Below the pieces are notes generated by a model that saw only the letters and a program-made list of their open reading frames with translations, ran no database searches and had not been told where the DNA came from. The position numbers and the translations under genes are program-made. A DNA stretch of 28,069 nucleotides from an uncultured bacterium (GTDB taxonomy: Bacteria; Lernaellota; Lernaellaia; Lernaellales; Lernaellaceae), in assembly GCA_964534375.1 (NCBI GenBank), contig CAZHPN010000067.1, positions 1 through 28,069 of the forward strand. Reading direction: 5' to 3'. Shown here piece by piece: positions 1 through 10,000 of the stretch; position 1 is the first letter of the stretch; every line of letters starts with the position of its first letter.

Positions 1-45
1 CAGGCCGGCGGCGATCAGGTCGGTGAGGAACGCGGCGGGGCTCAT
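1..45 (-). CDS. ABC transporter permease, second subunit (5' fragment, runs off the window)
   Basis: ATG at 45-43 overlaps the TGA stop of the upstream permease (ATGA coupling). Reads MSPAAFLTDLIAAGL. BMP-type nucleoside ABC operons normally have two permeases in this position. Only 15 codons are visible. Confidence 0.65.
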   Translation of the reverse strand, partial: MSPAAFLTDLIAAGL

Positions 46-1139
46 GGTTGCGCCTCCGGCGCAGGCGCGGCGCGGCGAATCACGACGCGATACCGACGGA
101 ACGCCTCGAACGCGATCACCGTCAACAGCAGCGCGCCTTGCAGCAGCAGCGCCACGCCCAGGCTGCCGACCTCCTTGCCGCCGACGAGGATGCCGCCGAA
201 GACGAACGCCAGCGCGACGGTCGCCCACGGGTTCAGCCGCGCGAGCCAGGCGACGGCGATCGCGGTGAAGCCGAAGCCCGGCGAGAAGCGCTCCTGCAGG
301 CGATGCGCCACGCCGGCCGCTTCGACCGCGCCGGCGAGCCCCGCCGCGACGCCGGAAAGCGCCATCGCCAGCATGGTGTGAAAGGCCACGTTGATGCCCG
401 CCGCCGCGGCGGCGCGCGGGTTGTCGCCCATCGCCGTCCAGGCCATGCCCCAGCGGCTGCGCTGCATCAGCACGGCCAGCGCCGCGGCGACGACGAGCGC
501 GAGCGGCAACCCGGCGTGGATGGTCAAGCCGGCCAGTTGCGGCCACACGCCGGCGAAATCGGCCAGCCGCGGCAGGTGGGCGCCGGGCGGGAACAGCGGC
601 GTTAACTGAAAGCCGCGGTCCGTCCACGGCGAATAAATCCAGTACAAATTCCACTGCGCGGCGACGTACACGAGCATCAGCGACGTGAGGATTTCCGACA
701 CGCCAAACCGAACTTTCAGCGCGCCCGGAATCAGGCCCCACAAGCCGCCGAGCGCGCCGCCCGCGAGCATCATCAACGGCAGCTTGAGCCACGGCGACAA
801 ATCGGCCGGCGTCCAGAACGAGGCCACGCCCGTCGCGGCCCACGCCCCGAGCAGCAGTTGCCCTTCGGCGCCGACGTTCCAGAGCCCCGCGCGAAACGCC
901 AGCGCGCAGCCGACGCCGCAGAGAATCAGCGGCGCCGTTTTGACCGCCGTGTCGGAGAGCGCGTACGCCCCGCCGAAAAACGCCGCGCGAAAAATCGCCC
1001 GGTATGCCGCCAGCGGCGGCAGACCCGCGGCGGCCATGACCACGCCGCCCGCGAGCGCCGCGGCGGCCACGGCCAGCGCGACGATCAACGCATCGGCGGC
1101 CGGCGGCAGTTTCTGGCGATGGACGATCTCAATGCGCAC
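42..1139 (-). CDS. ABC transporter permease, nucleoside/simple-sugar type (BPD_transp_2-like)
   Basis: Highly hydrophobic, with motifs AFRAGLWNVGAEGQ, GVSEILTSLML, GDNPRAAAAAGIN and GFGFTAIAVAWLARLNP. Start reassigned to GTG at 1139, which has GGAGG just upstream and overlaps the ATPase stop. Confidence 0.92.
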   Translation of the reverse strand: MRIEIVHRQKLPPAADALIVALAVAAAALAGGVVMAAAGLPPLAAYRAIFRAAFFGGAYALSDTAVKTAPLILCGVGCALAFRAGLWNVGAEGQLLLGAWAATGVASFWTPADLSPWLKLPLMMLAGGALGGLWGLIPGALKVRFGVSEILTSLMLVYVAAQWNLYWIYSPWTDRGFQLTPLFPPGAHLPRLADFAGVWPQLAGLTIHAGLPLALVVAAALAVLMQRSRWGMAWTAMGDNPRAAAAAGINVAFHTMLAMALSGVAAGLAGAVEAAGVAHRLQERFSPGFGFTAIAVAWLARLNPWATVALAFVFGGILVGGKEVGSLGVALLLQGALLLTVIAFEAFRRYRVVIRRAAPAPEAQP

Positions 1140-2661
1140 GCGCCGGCCCTCCCAACATCGCCATGCCGATGACCGCGCGGTCCGGAAACGGCCGCGAAAA
1201 TTCCGCAACGAGGCGGCCGCGCGCCATCACCGCGATGCGGTCGGCGACTTCGAAAATCTCATCCAAATCGTAGGAAATCAGCAGCACGGCGACGCCGGCG
1301 TTGCGGCGCGCCAGCAGCGCGGCGCGGACCGCCGCGACGGCCCCGATGTCCAGCCCGCGGGTCGGCTGCGCGGCGAGCAGCAGTTTTTCGCCGGCGGCGA
1401 TTTCGCGCGCGAGAATCGCCCGCTGCACGTTGCCGCCGGACAGAAAACGGACCGGCGCGCCGAGATCCTGGCGGCCGATCTTCCACGCCGCCGCGCGGTC
1501 CGCCGCGCGGCAGCGCAGCCGTTCGCCGTCCGGAAAAAACGACGCGCCCGGGCCGAAACTCGCCAGGTTGAGGTTTTCCGCCAGCGACAGATTCGGGCAG
1601 ACGCCGCAGCCCAGGCGGTCTTCCGGCACGAAGCCGACGCCGGCGCAGCGGATGCGCCACGGCGGCCAGTCGCTCGCGTCCTCGCCGCCGATCAGGCGCC
1701 GCCCGGACGCCAATGGCCGCAGCCCGACGATTGTCTCCGCCAGTTCGCGCTGGCCGTTGCCGGCGACGCCCGCGATCGCGACGATCTCGCCGGCGCGAAC
1801 CGCGAGCTTCACGTCGCGCAACGCCGCGCCCGCGCCGGCCGGCTCGGCGGCGACGCCGGCCAGTTCCAGAACGACGGCGCCGGGCGCGCGCGCGGCCCGT
1901 TCCGCGGCCGCCGGCTCGGCCTGGCCGACCATCCAACCGACGATTTCCTCGCGGCAGCATTGCGTCAGCGGCACGTCCGTCGCGACGGCGCGGCCGCACG
2001 ACAAGACGGTGACGCGCTCGGCGCAGGCCTCCACCTCGTCGAGCTTGTGGGTGATGAACACGATCGCGCGCCCCCGCTTCGCGAGCGCTTGGAGCAGCGC
2101 AAAAAGCTCATCGGCCTCGCCGGGGGTCAGCGCCGCGGTCGGCTCGTCGAGGATCAGCACGCGCGCGTCGTTGGCCAGCAGCCGCAGCAGCTCCAGGCGC
2201 TGCTGCTCGCCGATCGACAGGCGTTCGACCAGCGCGTCGGGGTCGAGCCGGATGCCGGTGCGTTCGCCCAGCTCGCGAATTTTCTCGCCGATGCGGCGGC
2301 GGTCGAAGAAAAACGGCGCGTCGGGGTCCGCCAGCGCCATGTTCTGCGCCACGGTGCAACTCGGGATCTGCGCGAAGTGCTGGTGGACCATGCCGACGCC
2401 GGCGCGGATGGCGTCGCGCGGCGAACGGAAGCGCACCGGCCGATCGAAGAGGCGGATTTCGCCGGCATCGGGCTTATAAACGCCGGCCAGAACGTTCATC
2501 AAGGTGGACTTGCCGGCGCCGTTCTCGCCGACCAGCGCGTGGATTTCGCCGGGCCGGATCGTGAAGTCGATTCGGTCGTTGGCGGCGACGCCGTCGAAAC
2601 GTTTGACGATGCCGGTCATTTGCACGGCCGGCTGCGGCGCAACTTGATCCGGTGGGCGCAT
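1129..2661 (-). CDS. ABC transporter ATP-binding protein with two ATPase domains (nucleoside/sugar type)
   Basis: Walker A GENGAGKST, LSIGEQQR, ILDEPT and FITHKL. The degenerate second domain has GVAGNGQRELA, LSGGNVQR and QPTRGLD. Start set at ATG 2661 (or GTG 2667) because the longer ORF overlaps the BMP gene. Confidence 0.95.
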   Translation of the reverse strand: MRPPDQVAPQPAVQMTGIVKRFDGVAANDRIDFTIRPGEIHALVGENGAGKSTLMNVLAGVYKPDAGEIRLFDRPVRFRSPRDAIRAGVGMVHQHFAQIPSCTVAQNMALADPDAPFFFDRRRIGEKIRELGERTGIRLDPDALVERLSIGEQQRLELLRLLANDARVLILDEPTAALTPGEADELFALLQALAKRGRAIVFITHKLDEVEACAERVTVLSCGRAVATDVPLTQCCREEIVGWMVGQAEPAAAERAARAPGAVVLELAGVAAEPAGAGAALRDVKLAVRAGEIVAIAGVAGNGQRELAETIVGLRPLASGRRLIGGEDASDWPPWRIRCAGVGFVPEDRLGCGVCPNLSLAENLNLASFGPGASFFPDGERLRCRAADRAAAWKIGRQDLGAPVRFLSGGNVQRAILAREIAAGEKLLLAAQPTRGLDIGAVAAVRAALLARRNAGVAVLLISYDLDEIFEVADRIAVMARGRLVAEFSRPFPDRAVIGMAMLGGPARAH

Positions 2662-2678
2662 GTCCACGGCGGCGCGGC

Positions 2679-3938
2679 TTACTTGGGGATTTCGCCGATG
2701 ACGCCGTCCACGAAGATGGGCATGCACGCGGCGCAATCGGGGCGGCCCGCCACGCCCTTGACGCCTTCGAGATCTTCCTGGGTCAACGACTTGCCCGCCG
2801 GCACGATCTCCACGCCTTTATTGCTCTTGAGCGGCCCTTTGAAGATGTCGAAGCGCGTCAGCTTGCCCTCTTTCATCGCCGTCAGCCGCTCTTTGACGAT
2901 CGCCGCGGTCGCCGCGGGCACGCCCGGCGCCGGCCGCTGGTTTTCCATGAAGCCCAGCAGGCCGAGGGCGTTGTCTTTCAGGCTCGGATAGTCGTCGCTC
3001 GGTTTCCACGTGCCGGCCTTGATCGCCTTGACGATCCGCACGTAGCTGGCGCCCCAATTCCAGTAGGGCACGGTCAGGCAGTGCGCCGGGTCGCCGTTGC
3101 AGGCGTTGTCGGAATTGTAGCCGGTCGACCACTTGCCGGCTTTGCCCGCGGCGACGATCGGCCCGCTGGTGTCGTTGCCGGTCATCACGACGTCGGCGCC
3201 GGCGCCGAGCAGCGATTCCGCGGCTTCCTTTTCTTTCACCGGGTCGAACCAGGAATTGACCCACCGCACTTCCAGCGCGCAGTTCGGGCAGGCGGCTTTC
3301 ATGCCGAGCGCGGAGGCGTCGATCAGGCGCACAACCTCGGGAATGGGCATCGGGGCGACGTAGCCGAGGCGCTCTTTGCCGTCGGCCTTGGCGCGGGCGC
3401 CGGCGATCATGCCGGCGAGGTATTTCATGTCCTCCATCGCGCCGAACAGATTGCCGAAATTCGTGGCGTTTTTCTTGAAGCCGGAGATGTGCAGGAATTT
3501 GACCGCCGGGAATTCCTTGGCGACTTCCTCGCAGGCGTCCATGAACCCGAAGCTGGCGGCGACGATCAGGTCGAACTTTTTCCGCGCCAGCGAGCGGATG
3601 ACCTGCTCGGCCTCGGCGCCCTCGGCCACCGACTCGACGTACGCCGTCGCCACGTCCGGCATTTCCTTTTCGAGATATTTGCGGCCCTGGTCGTGCGCGT
3701 AGGTCCAGCCGCCGTCGCCGACCGGACCGACATAGACGAACGCCGCGTTGAACTTGCCGGCGACCGGCTCGGGAATTTTGTACTTGGCCGCCGGCGCGGC
3801 CGCGGGCGGCGCCAGACGGACGATTTCCGGCCGGACGAGGGCGACGCCGGGCTTTGCCGGCGGGGCGGTTCGTTCGCATGCTGCGAGGAAAAGTACGCAC
3901 AACATCAACGCCGCCGTCGCGATCTTTCTTGCCGCCAT
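2679..3938 (-). CDS. BMP family ABC transporter substrate-binding lipoprotein (Med/PnrA-like, probably purine/nucleoside)
   Basis: Lipobox LAAC, motifs FVYVGPVGDGGWTYAHDQGR, SFGFMD, YLAGMIAG and WVNSWFDPVKE. GGGAGG RBS. First gene of the ABC operon. Confidence 0.92.
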   Translation of the reverse strand: MAARKIATAALMLCVLFLAACERTAPPAKPGVALVRPEIVRLAPPAAAPAAKYKIPEPVAGKFNAAFVYVGPVGDGGWTYAHDQGRKYLEKEMPDVATAYVESVAEGAEAEQVIRSLARKKFDLIVAASFGFMDACEEVAKEFPAVKFLHISGFKKNATNFGNLFGAMEDMKYLAGMIAGARAKADGKERLGYVAPMPIPEVVRLIDASALGMKAACPNCALEVRWVNSWFDPVKEKEAAESLLGAGADVVMTGNDTSGPIVAAGKAGKWSTGYNSDNACNGDPAHCLTVPYWNWGASYVRIVKAIKAGTWKPSDDYPSLKDNALGLLGFMENQRPAPGVPAATAAIVKERLTAMKEGKLTRFDIFKGPLKSNKGVEIVPAGKSLTQEDLEGVKGVAGRPDCAACMPIFVDGVIGEIPK

Positions 3939-4026
3939 CGCCGTCGCCTCCCGTCGGTTGTTTGTTTTTCCGCGTCCGCGGGTATGGGAATTGAGCGGGT
4001 TATTTTTATCACAATCGCGGCGCGGC

Positions 4027-4068
4027 GGAAAGCGGAAACGCGCAGCGCCGCCGGGCGGCGTCGCGCGT
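4027..4068 (-). terminator. possible intrinsic terminator after the giant TPR gene
   Basis: Minus strand reads CGCGCGACGCCGC-CCG-GCGGCGCTGCGCG, a GC hairpin, followed by TTTCCGCTTT. The U tract is weak. Confidence 0.35.
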
Positions 4069-7000
4069 CAGTTCGCGGTCAGCACGTCTTTGGCGTGGGC
4101 GATCTTGTCGGGTTCGTCGCGAAAAACCTTCTGCACCGCGGCAAATGCCGCTGCCGCTTTTCCCGAATCGCCTGCGGCTTTGTGGGCCGCGATCAAGATG
4201 CAATACCCTTCGTAGAGGCGCCCGCGGTCGTCAAAGTCTTTCAACGCCGTCTCCAGCAGCGCCGCCGCCCGCGCGGGTTGTTTCAGGCGTTGCAGAAAAT
4301 CCGCGTGGCGCAGGTCGATGACGTCGCGCTCGCCGCCCTTGTTCGGCCACTGGGCGCGCAGCCGGGCGACGATTTTTTCGACCTCATCGCCGCGGTTTTG
4401 TTCGGCGAGCATGGCGGCGTACGACAAGCCGCCGTTCAGCGTCCAGTTCGACGGAGGCTCGTCGAGCAAGGCGGAGAAGGTGGCGGCGGCTTTGGCGAAA
4501 TCGCCCCGATCGCGATAGGTATTGCCGAGCTCGAGACGGGCGCATTGGCCGCCGTCGCCGTGCGGGTCGCGCGCCGCGGCGTCGATGAACAACGGCTGCG
4601 CCTTGTCCGGCAATCCTTGGCCGACGTATCGTTGCCCGAGCCAGACTTGCAGCCCGACAATGGACTTCGGGTCGCCGCCGACGTTTTTCACGGCGGCGCG
4701 GTAGGTGGCGTCCATGGCGGCCAGATCGTCCTGCGCCAGCTCGAATTGCAACAAGAGAACGTACCCTTGGACTCGTTGCGCCGGGGTTGTCAATTGCGGA
4801 AATTCCGGATTGAGCAGCGCGATCGCCGCCGGGAATTTCTTCTCCGTGGCCAATAACTGCGCCCGACGGAACACGACATCGACGTGGTCGGCGGAACCGC
4901 GCGGAACGCGGGACAGCAGTCCGGCATAAATCGCGTCGGCCTCGGCGAATTGCTTGTCCGCGATCAACATGTCGGCCAACTGGTCGCCGGCGGCCACGGC
5001 GTGGGACGCGAGGCGATTGTCCGACAACGTTTCCCGCAGCAATTTCTGCGCCGCCGCGCGGTCGCCGTGGTCGCGCAAGGCCGCGGCCAATCCCAACGCG
5101 GCGTCGCCGGCGAATTTTGCCGCATGCGTAGCGAGGATCTCGCGGAAGACGACCGCGCCTTTCTCGAATTGGCCGTGGCCGACGTAAAGATTCGCGAGGG
5201 AAAGTTTCAACGACCAGAACCGGTCGGGGTCGCTGGCGAGCCCCTCGGTCGCCTGCTTGAATGCCGCTTCCGCGCCTTTAACGTCGCCCGCGTCGACGCA
5301 AAGCTCCATGAGCGAGACCGCGGCGTCGGCCTGCCGCTGGGCGTCGGGCAGCAGCGGCAGCGCCTGACGCACCGCCGCGAGCGCTTCGCTGTTCCGCCCT
5401 TGTTGCCGGTCCACCGACGCCCGCTTAAGGAGCGTTGCAGCCCGCAGATCCGGTTGAGCGCCGAAGCGCCTGAGCATCGCCGTCAGTTGACCGTCCGCTT
5501 CGCGAAATTTCTTCTGTTCGACGAGAATGTCGACGACGGTCGCGGCAAGATCATACGCGCGTTTCGCGTCGCGCTCGCCGTCGGCCAACTCACGATACGC
5601 CTGTTCCGCCTTCCCGAGTTCGCCCTTGCGGCGCTGCCAGGACGCCAGTTCGCGCTTCGCTCGCGCCGCCGCGTCGGTTCGCGGGAATTTGGCGACGACG
5701 GCGGCGTATAGCGCCGCCGCCCGGTCGTCGAGGCCCTTGTCGGCATAGATCTTCGCCAGGTCGACTTGCGCCTGCGCAAGAGCGGCCGGATCGCCGCGCA
5801 GGCTTTGCGCGGCATTCTGGAAGACGGCCTCCGCCGACTTAACGTCGCCGGCGGCGACGTACAACTCGCTCAACCGCAGGCTGGTTTCCACGAACTTTTC
5901 CGATGTGCGAAGCGCCGGCAATTCGGCGCGCAGCAGCGCCATCTGGGCGGCGGGCTGGCCGGCGCGCTCGAGCGCATTGGCTTCACGCAGGACGATTTCG
6001 CTGCGGCGCGACGCGTCGTTGGACCACTTGCCGCGCAGGAACTCGTACACTTTTTGCGCCTCGCCAAAGGATTGTTGATCCTCTAGCACGTCGGCCAGCG
6101 TCAGGCCGGCCCGCAGGCCGATCTCCGGATCGTTGGCCTGCGCCAGCGCCTCGCGCAACAACGCCGCGGCCTGGGCCAGGTCGCCGCCGCTCCGCAGGCG
6201 ATCCGCCAAATCCAACCGCGCCTGCGCCGCCGCGCCCGCATTGGGATAGCGCGCGACGATTTCGCGGAAGGCCGCGTTCGCCTTTTCCATTTGTCCCTGG
6301 GCGACGTAGAGATCCGCCATCATCGTGTCCGCGCGGATTTGCGCGTCGACGTCGCGGGCGAACTCGCTGCGCATTCCTCGTCGCGTCTGATCGGCGGCGC
6401 CGAAGTTCCCGGCCGCCAGTTGCAGTTCCAGCAATTTGAACGTCGCCTCCAGCCGCTTTTCAGGCACGACGATTTTGGGAATTTCGGCGACGACCAGGGC
6501 GATCGCGGCGTCGAATTGCCGTCGCTGCCGCAGCAGCGCGGCCCGCCGGAAAACGAGGTCCGTCCGCTCCGTCGGCCGCAAGGCCGGCCGTTTTGCCAAA
6601 TCGGCGTACACCGACGCCGCTTGCTCGAAGGCCTGTTCGCCGATCAGGATGTCCGCCAGCGCAAAGCCCGCGTCCAGCGCATGGCCCGCCGGATCGGGCT
6701 CGGCGAGAAGCTGCTGGAATTGGGCTTTGGCGCCCGCGTCGTCGCCTCGTTCCCGCAGCGCGCCGGCGAGGCTCCACCGGGCATCGGCCACGACCCTAGC
6801 GTCCGGGTGCTTGGCGATGATATCCCGGAGGAGGGCGGCGCCTTTCTCAAATTGCTCGTGGCGCACGCAGGTCTCGGCGAGCGACAACTTGATTTGCCGC
6901 ACGCGGCCGGGATCGTCCGCGGACGCCCGCACCGCCTCGTCAAATGCGTTTTCCGCACCTTTGATGTCGCCGCGGGACCCGTAGACCTCAATCAGCGCCA

Positions 7001-10000
7001 CGCTCGCTTCCGCGCGTTTTCCGGGGTCGTCGAGCAGCGGCAGCGCTTGCCGCAAATCCGCGATCGCCTCGTCGTACCGATTTTGCTGACGGTGCAGATC
7101 CCCGCGGTACATGAGAATCGCCGCGCGCGGCGCGGGGCGATCACCCCACTTTTTCAACATCGCCGCCAGTTGCCGGTCCGCCTCCGCGTACTTCTTCTGC
7201 TCGGCCAGGATCTCGACGACCGCCGTCGTCGCTTGCATGGCCTGCGTCTCATCGCGCGCGGATTCAAACAATTCGCGATAGGCCCGTTCGGCTTTCGCGG
7301 CGTCGCCGCGGCGACGATACGACGCCGCCAATTCGCTTCTCGCCCGCGCTGCGGCGTCAGTCCGCGGGCGCTGAGCGATCACCTCCGCGTAAATCGCCAT
7401 CGCCCTGTCTTCGAGATTGTTCTCGGCGTAGATTTTCGCCAGATCGACTTGCGCGCTCGCGAGGGACGCCGCATCGCCGTGCAAAGCCTGGGCGACATTC
7501 AGGAAAACCGCCTCGGCCGACTTGATTTCGCCGGCGACCACGTAAAGCCCGATCAGCCGCATGCTGAGTTCGACGAACTTGCCCGTGTCGCGGATCGCGG
7601 GCAATTCCGCGCGCAGCAACGCCGTCTCCGCCGCGGGATCGCCCGCCCGCCGCAACAGTTCGGCTTGGCGCAGGGCGATCTCCGCCCGTCGCGCCGGGTC
7701 GGCCGACCATTTCTGGCGGAGCAACGCAAAAACCTTCTGCGCTTCGCCATACGAGTTCTGCTCTTCCAGGATGTCCGCGAGCATCGTCCCGGCACGGACG
7801 GCTTCGTCGGCATCGTCGGCGACGGCGAGCGCCTCGCGCAACAGCTTTTCCGCCTGGACAAGGTCGCCGCTCTTTCGAAGCCGTTCCGCGAGTTTCACCC
7901 GTGCTTTCGTCGCCGCGGTGGAACGGGGGAACTCCGCGATGATTTCCCGGCTCAGCGAGTCCGCTTTATCGGCCTGTCCCTGGGCGGCGTAAAAATCAGC
8001 CACCATTGCGTTCGCCCGGAGCAACGCATCGATGTCTTTCGGAAATTCGGCGCGTATTCCGCGCCGGGTCTGGTCCGCAGCGGCGACGTCGCCGCCTGCC
8101 AGATGGAGATCCAGCAGCTTGAACATCGCCTCCATTCGATGTTGCGGGTCCGCAATATTCGGCAACTCGCGGACGATCACGGCGATCGCGGAGTCGTATT
8201 GTTGCTGCTGTTTCAACAACTCCGCGCGCCGAAAGACAATCTCGGCCCTATCCGCCGGCCGCAGCGCTGCCCGGTTCTCCAACTCTGCAAGTACGGCGTC
8301 GGCTTGATCGAATTGCCGTTCGCCGGCCAGGATTTCCGCCAGGCTGACGCCGGCCTCGACGGCGTGGCCGGCCGGGTCGCCGGCGGCAAGCAGTCCGTGC
8401 AATTGCTCGACGGCTTCGGCGGTTTCGCCTCGCGTTCGCCAAATTCCCGCCAACCGCCACCGCGCCTCGGAAACCGCCTTTTCGTCCGGGCATTTTTCGA
8501 CGATCTCCCGATACAAGGCCACGCCTTTTTCGGCTTGGTCGTGGCCGAGGCATGCTTCCGCGAGCGACTGTTTCATCTGCCACACGCGCCGCGGATCCGT
8601 GACCGAGGTTTCGATCGCTTCCCGGAAGGCGACCTCCGCGCCGTTAATGTCGCCGCGAAGCGCGCAGAGATCCATGAGCGCCACGCTCGCTTCCGCCCTT
8701 TTTTCCGGTTCGTCGAACGACGGCAGGGCTTGCCGCAAAATCGCGATCGCGTCGACGATGCGGTTTTGGCGGCGAAGCAAATCGACGCGCAGCATGACGA
8801 GCGCCGCTTTTTGGTCGGGACGACCGGTCCACTTCCGGCGCATCTCCTCCAGCAGCTTATCGGCTTCCGTGTATTTTTCCTGTTCGAGCAAGATTTCCAA
8901 GACTTTGGCCGCGGCCTGAAAAGCCTTTGCCGCGTCGGGCTGGCATTCGGCCAATTGGCGATAGGTCTTCTCGGCGCTGGCCAAATCGCCGCGTCGCCGG
9001 TGCAAATCGCCGAGCCCGTCGCGGGCCTCCAGCGCCGCGTCCGTGTGCGGATATCGGGCGATGATCTCGCCGAATGTTTTTGCCGCCCGATCGAGCAAGT
9101 CGTGGCCGGCAAAGAGTCGGCCGAGGCTGAGCCTCGCTTTCGCCAATTGCTCGGGAAAGCCTTTGAAGGGCGTCCCCGCCAATTGCACGACCTGTTCCGC
9201 CTGGTCGACATCGCCGGCGGCCGAATAAATGTCGAGCAATAGCGACAACGCCTCGCCCGCACTGACGACATCGCGGAACGACGGCAACTCCGTGCGGAGC
9301 AAGGCGGCGGCGGCGTCCGGACTCCCCGCGCGACGCAACAGCCGCGACCTGGCGAGAACGAGTTCTTCCCGGCGTCTTTCGTCGGCCGACCATTTGCGGT
9401 TCAGATCCTCGAGAACGGCGCGCGCCTCGGCAAACGAATTCTGTTCCGCCAACGTGTCCGCGAGCGACAAACCCGCCCGGTACGTCCGGTCCGGATCGAA
9501 GGGATCGCTCCGAAGTTCGCCGTAGTACAGGGCTGCTTTGGGCAGGTCGCCGGTTTTGCGATAAAGTTCCGCCAATTCCCATTTGGCGTCCGCGCCGACG
9601 GACGTTTCGGGGTGATCCGCCAGAATCTGCCGATAAATCGCCTCGGCTTTTTCGGCGAATCCCTGGTTCGCGTAGCCACGCGCCATCGACCGGTCCGCGT
9701 GCAAACGAGCCGCCGCATCCTGCTCGGGATCCTCGTAAATGCTCCGGCGAACTTGCTCCGCCGCGGTCGTATTTCCCGCCGCTACGAGGAGGTCCAGCGA
9801 GGCCAGGGCGGCATAGCTCCGGTCCTCGCGGTCCTCGAATTGCGGGGCTGCTTCTCGCAGCAGAACGAGCGCCTCATCCCCTCTTCCGGATTCTTCCAGC
9901 GCGGCGACCCGTCGTTTGAGAATTTCCGTACGTTGCGAACCCGAGGGCCAGCGCTTTTCCATGCCCACGAGCAGGGCCACGGCCTCGTCGATCTTTCCTT

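Noticed and set aside
3939..4067. Purine riboswitch upstream of the BMP gene
   Set aside because: Context would fit, but I see no purine-riboswitch core motifs and the leader is short.
685..9242. Long plus-strand ORFs 685..2991, 2652..4856 and 6291..9242
   Set aside because: They lie antisense to well-supported genes, have no motifs, and are typical shadow ORFs of GC-rich codon usage.
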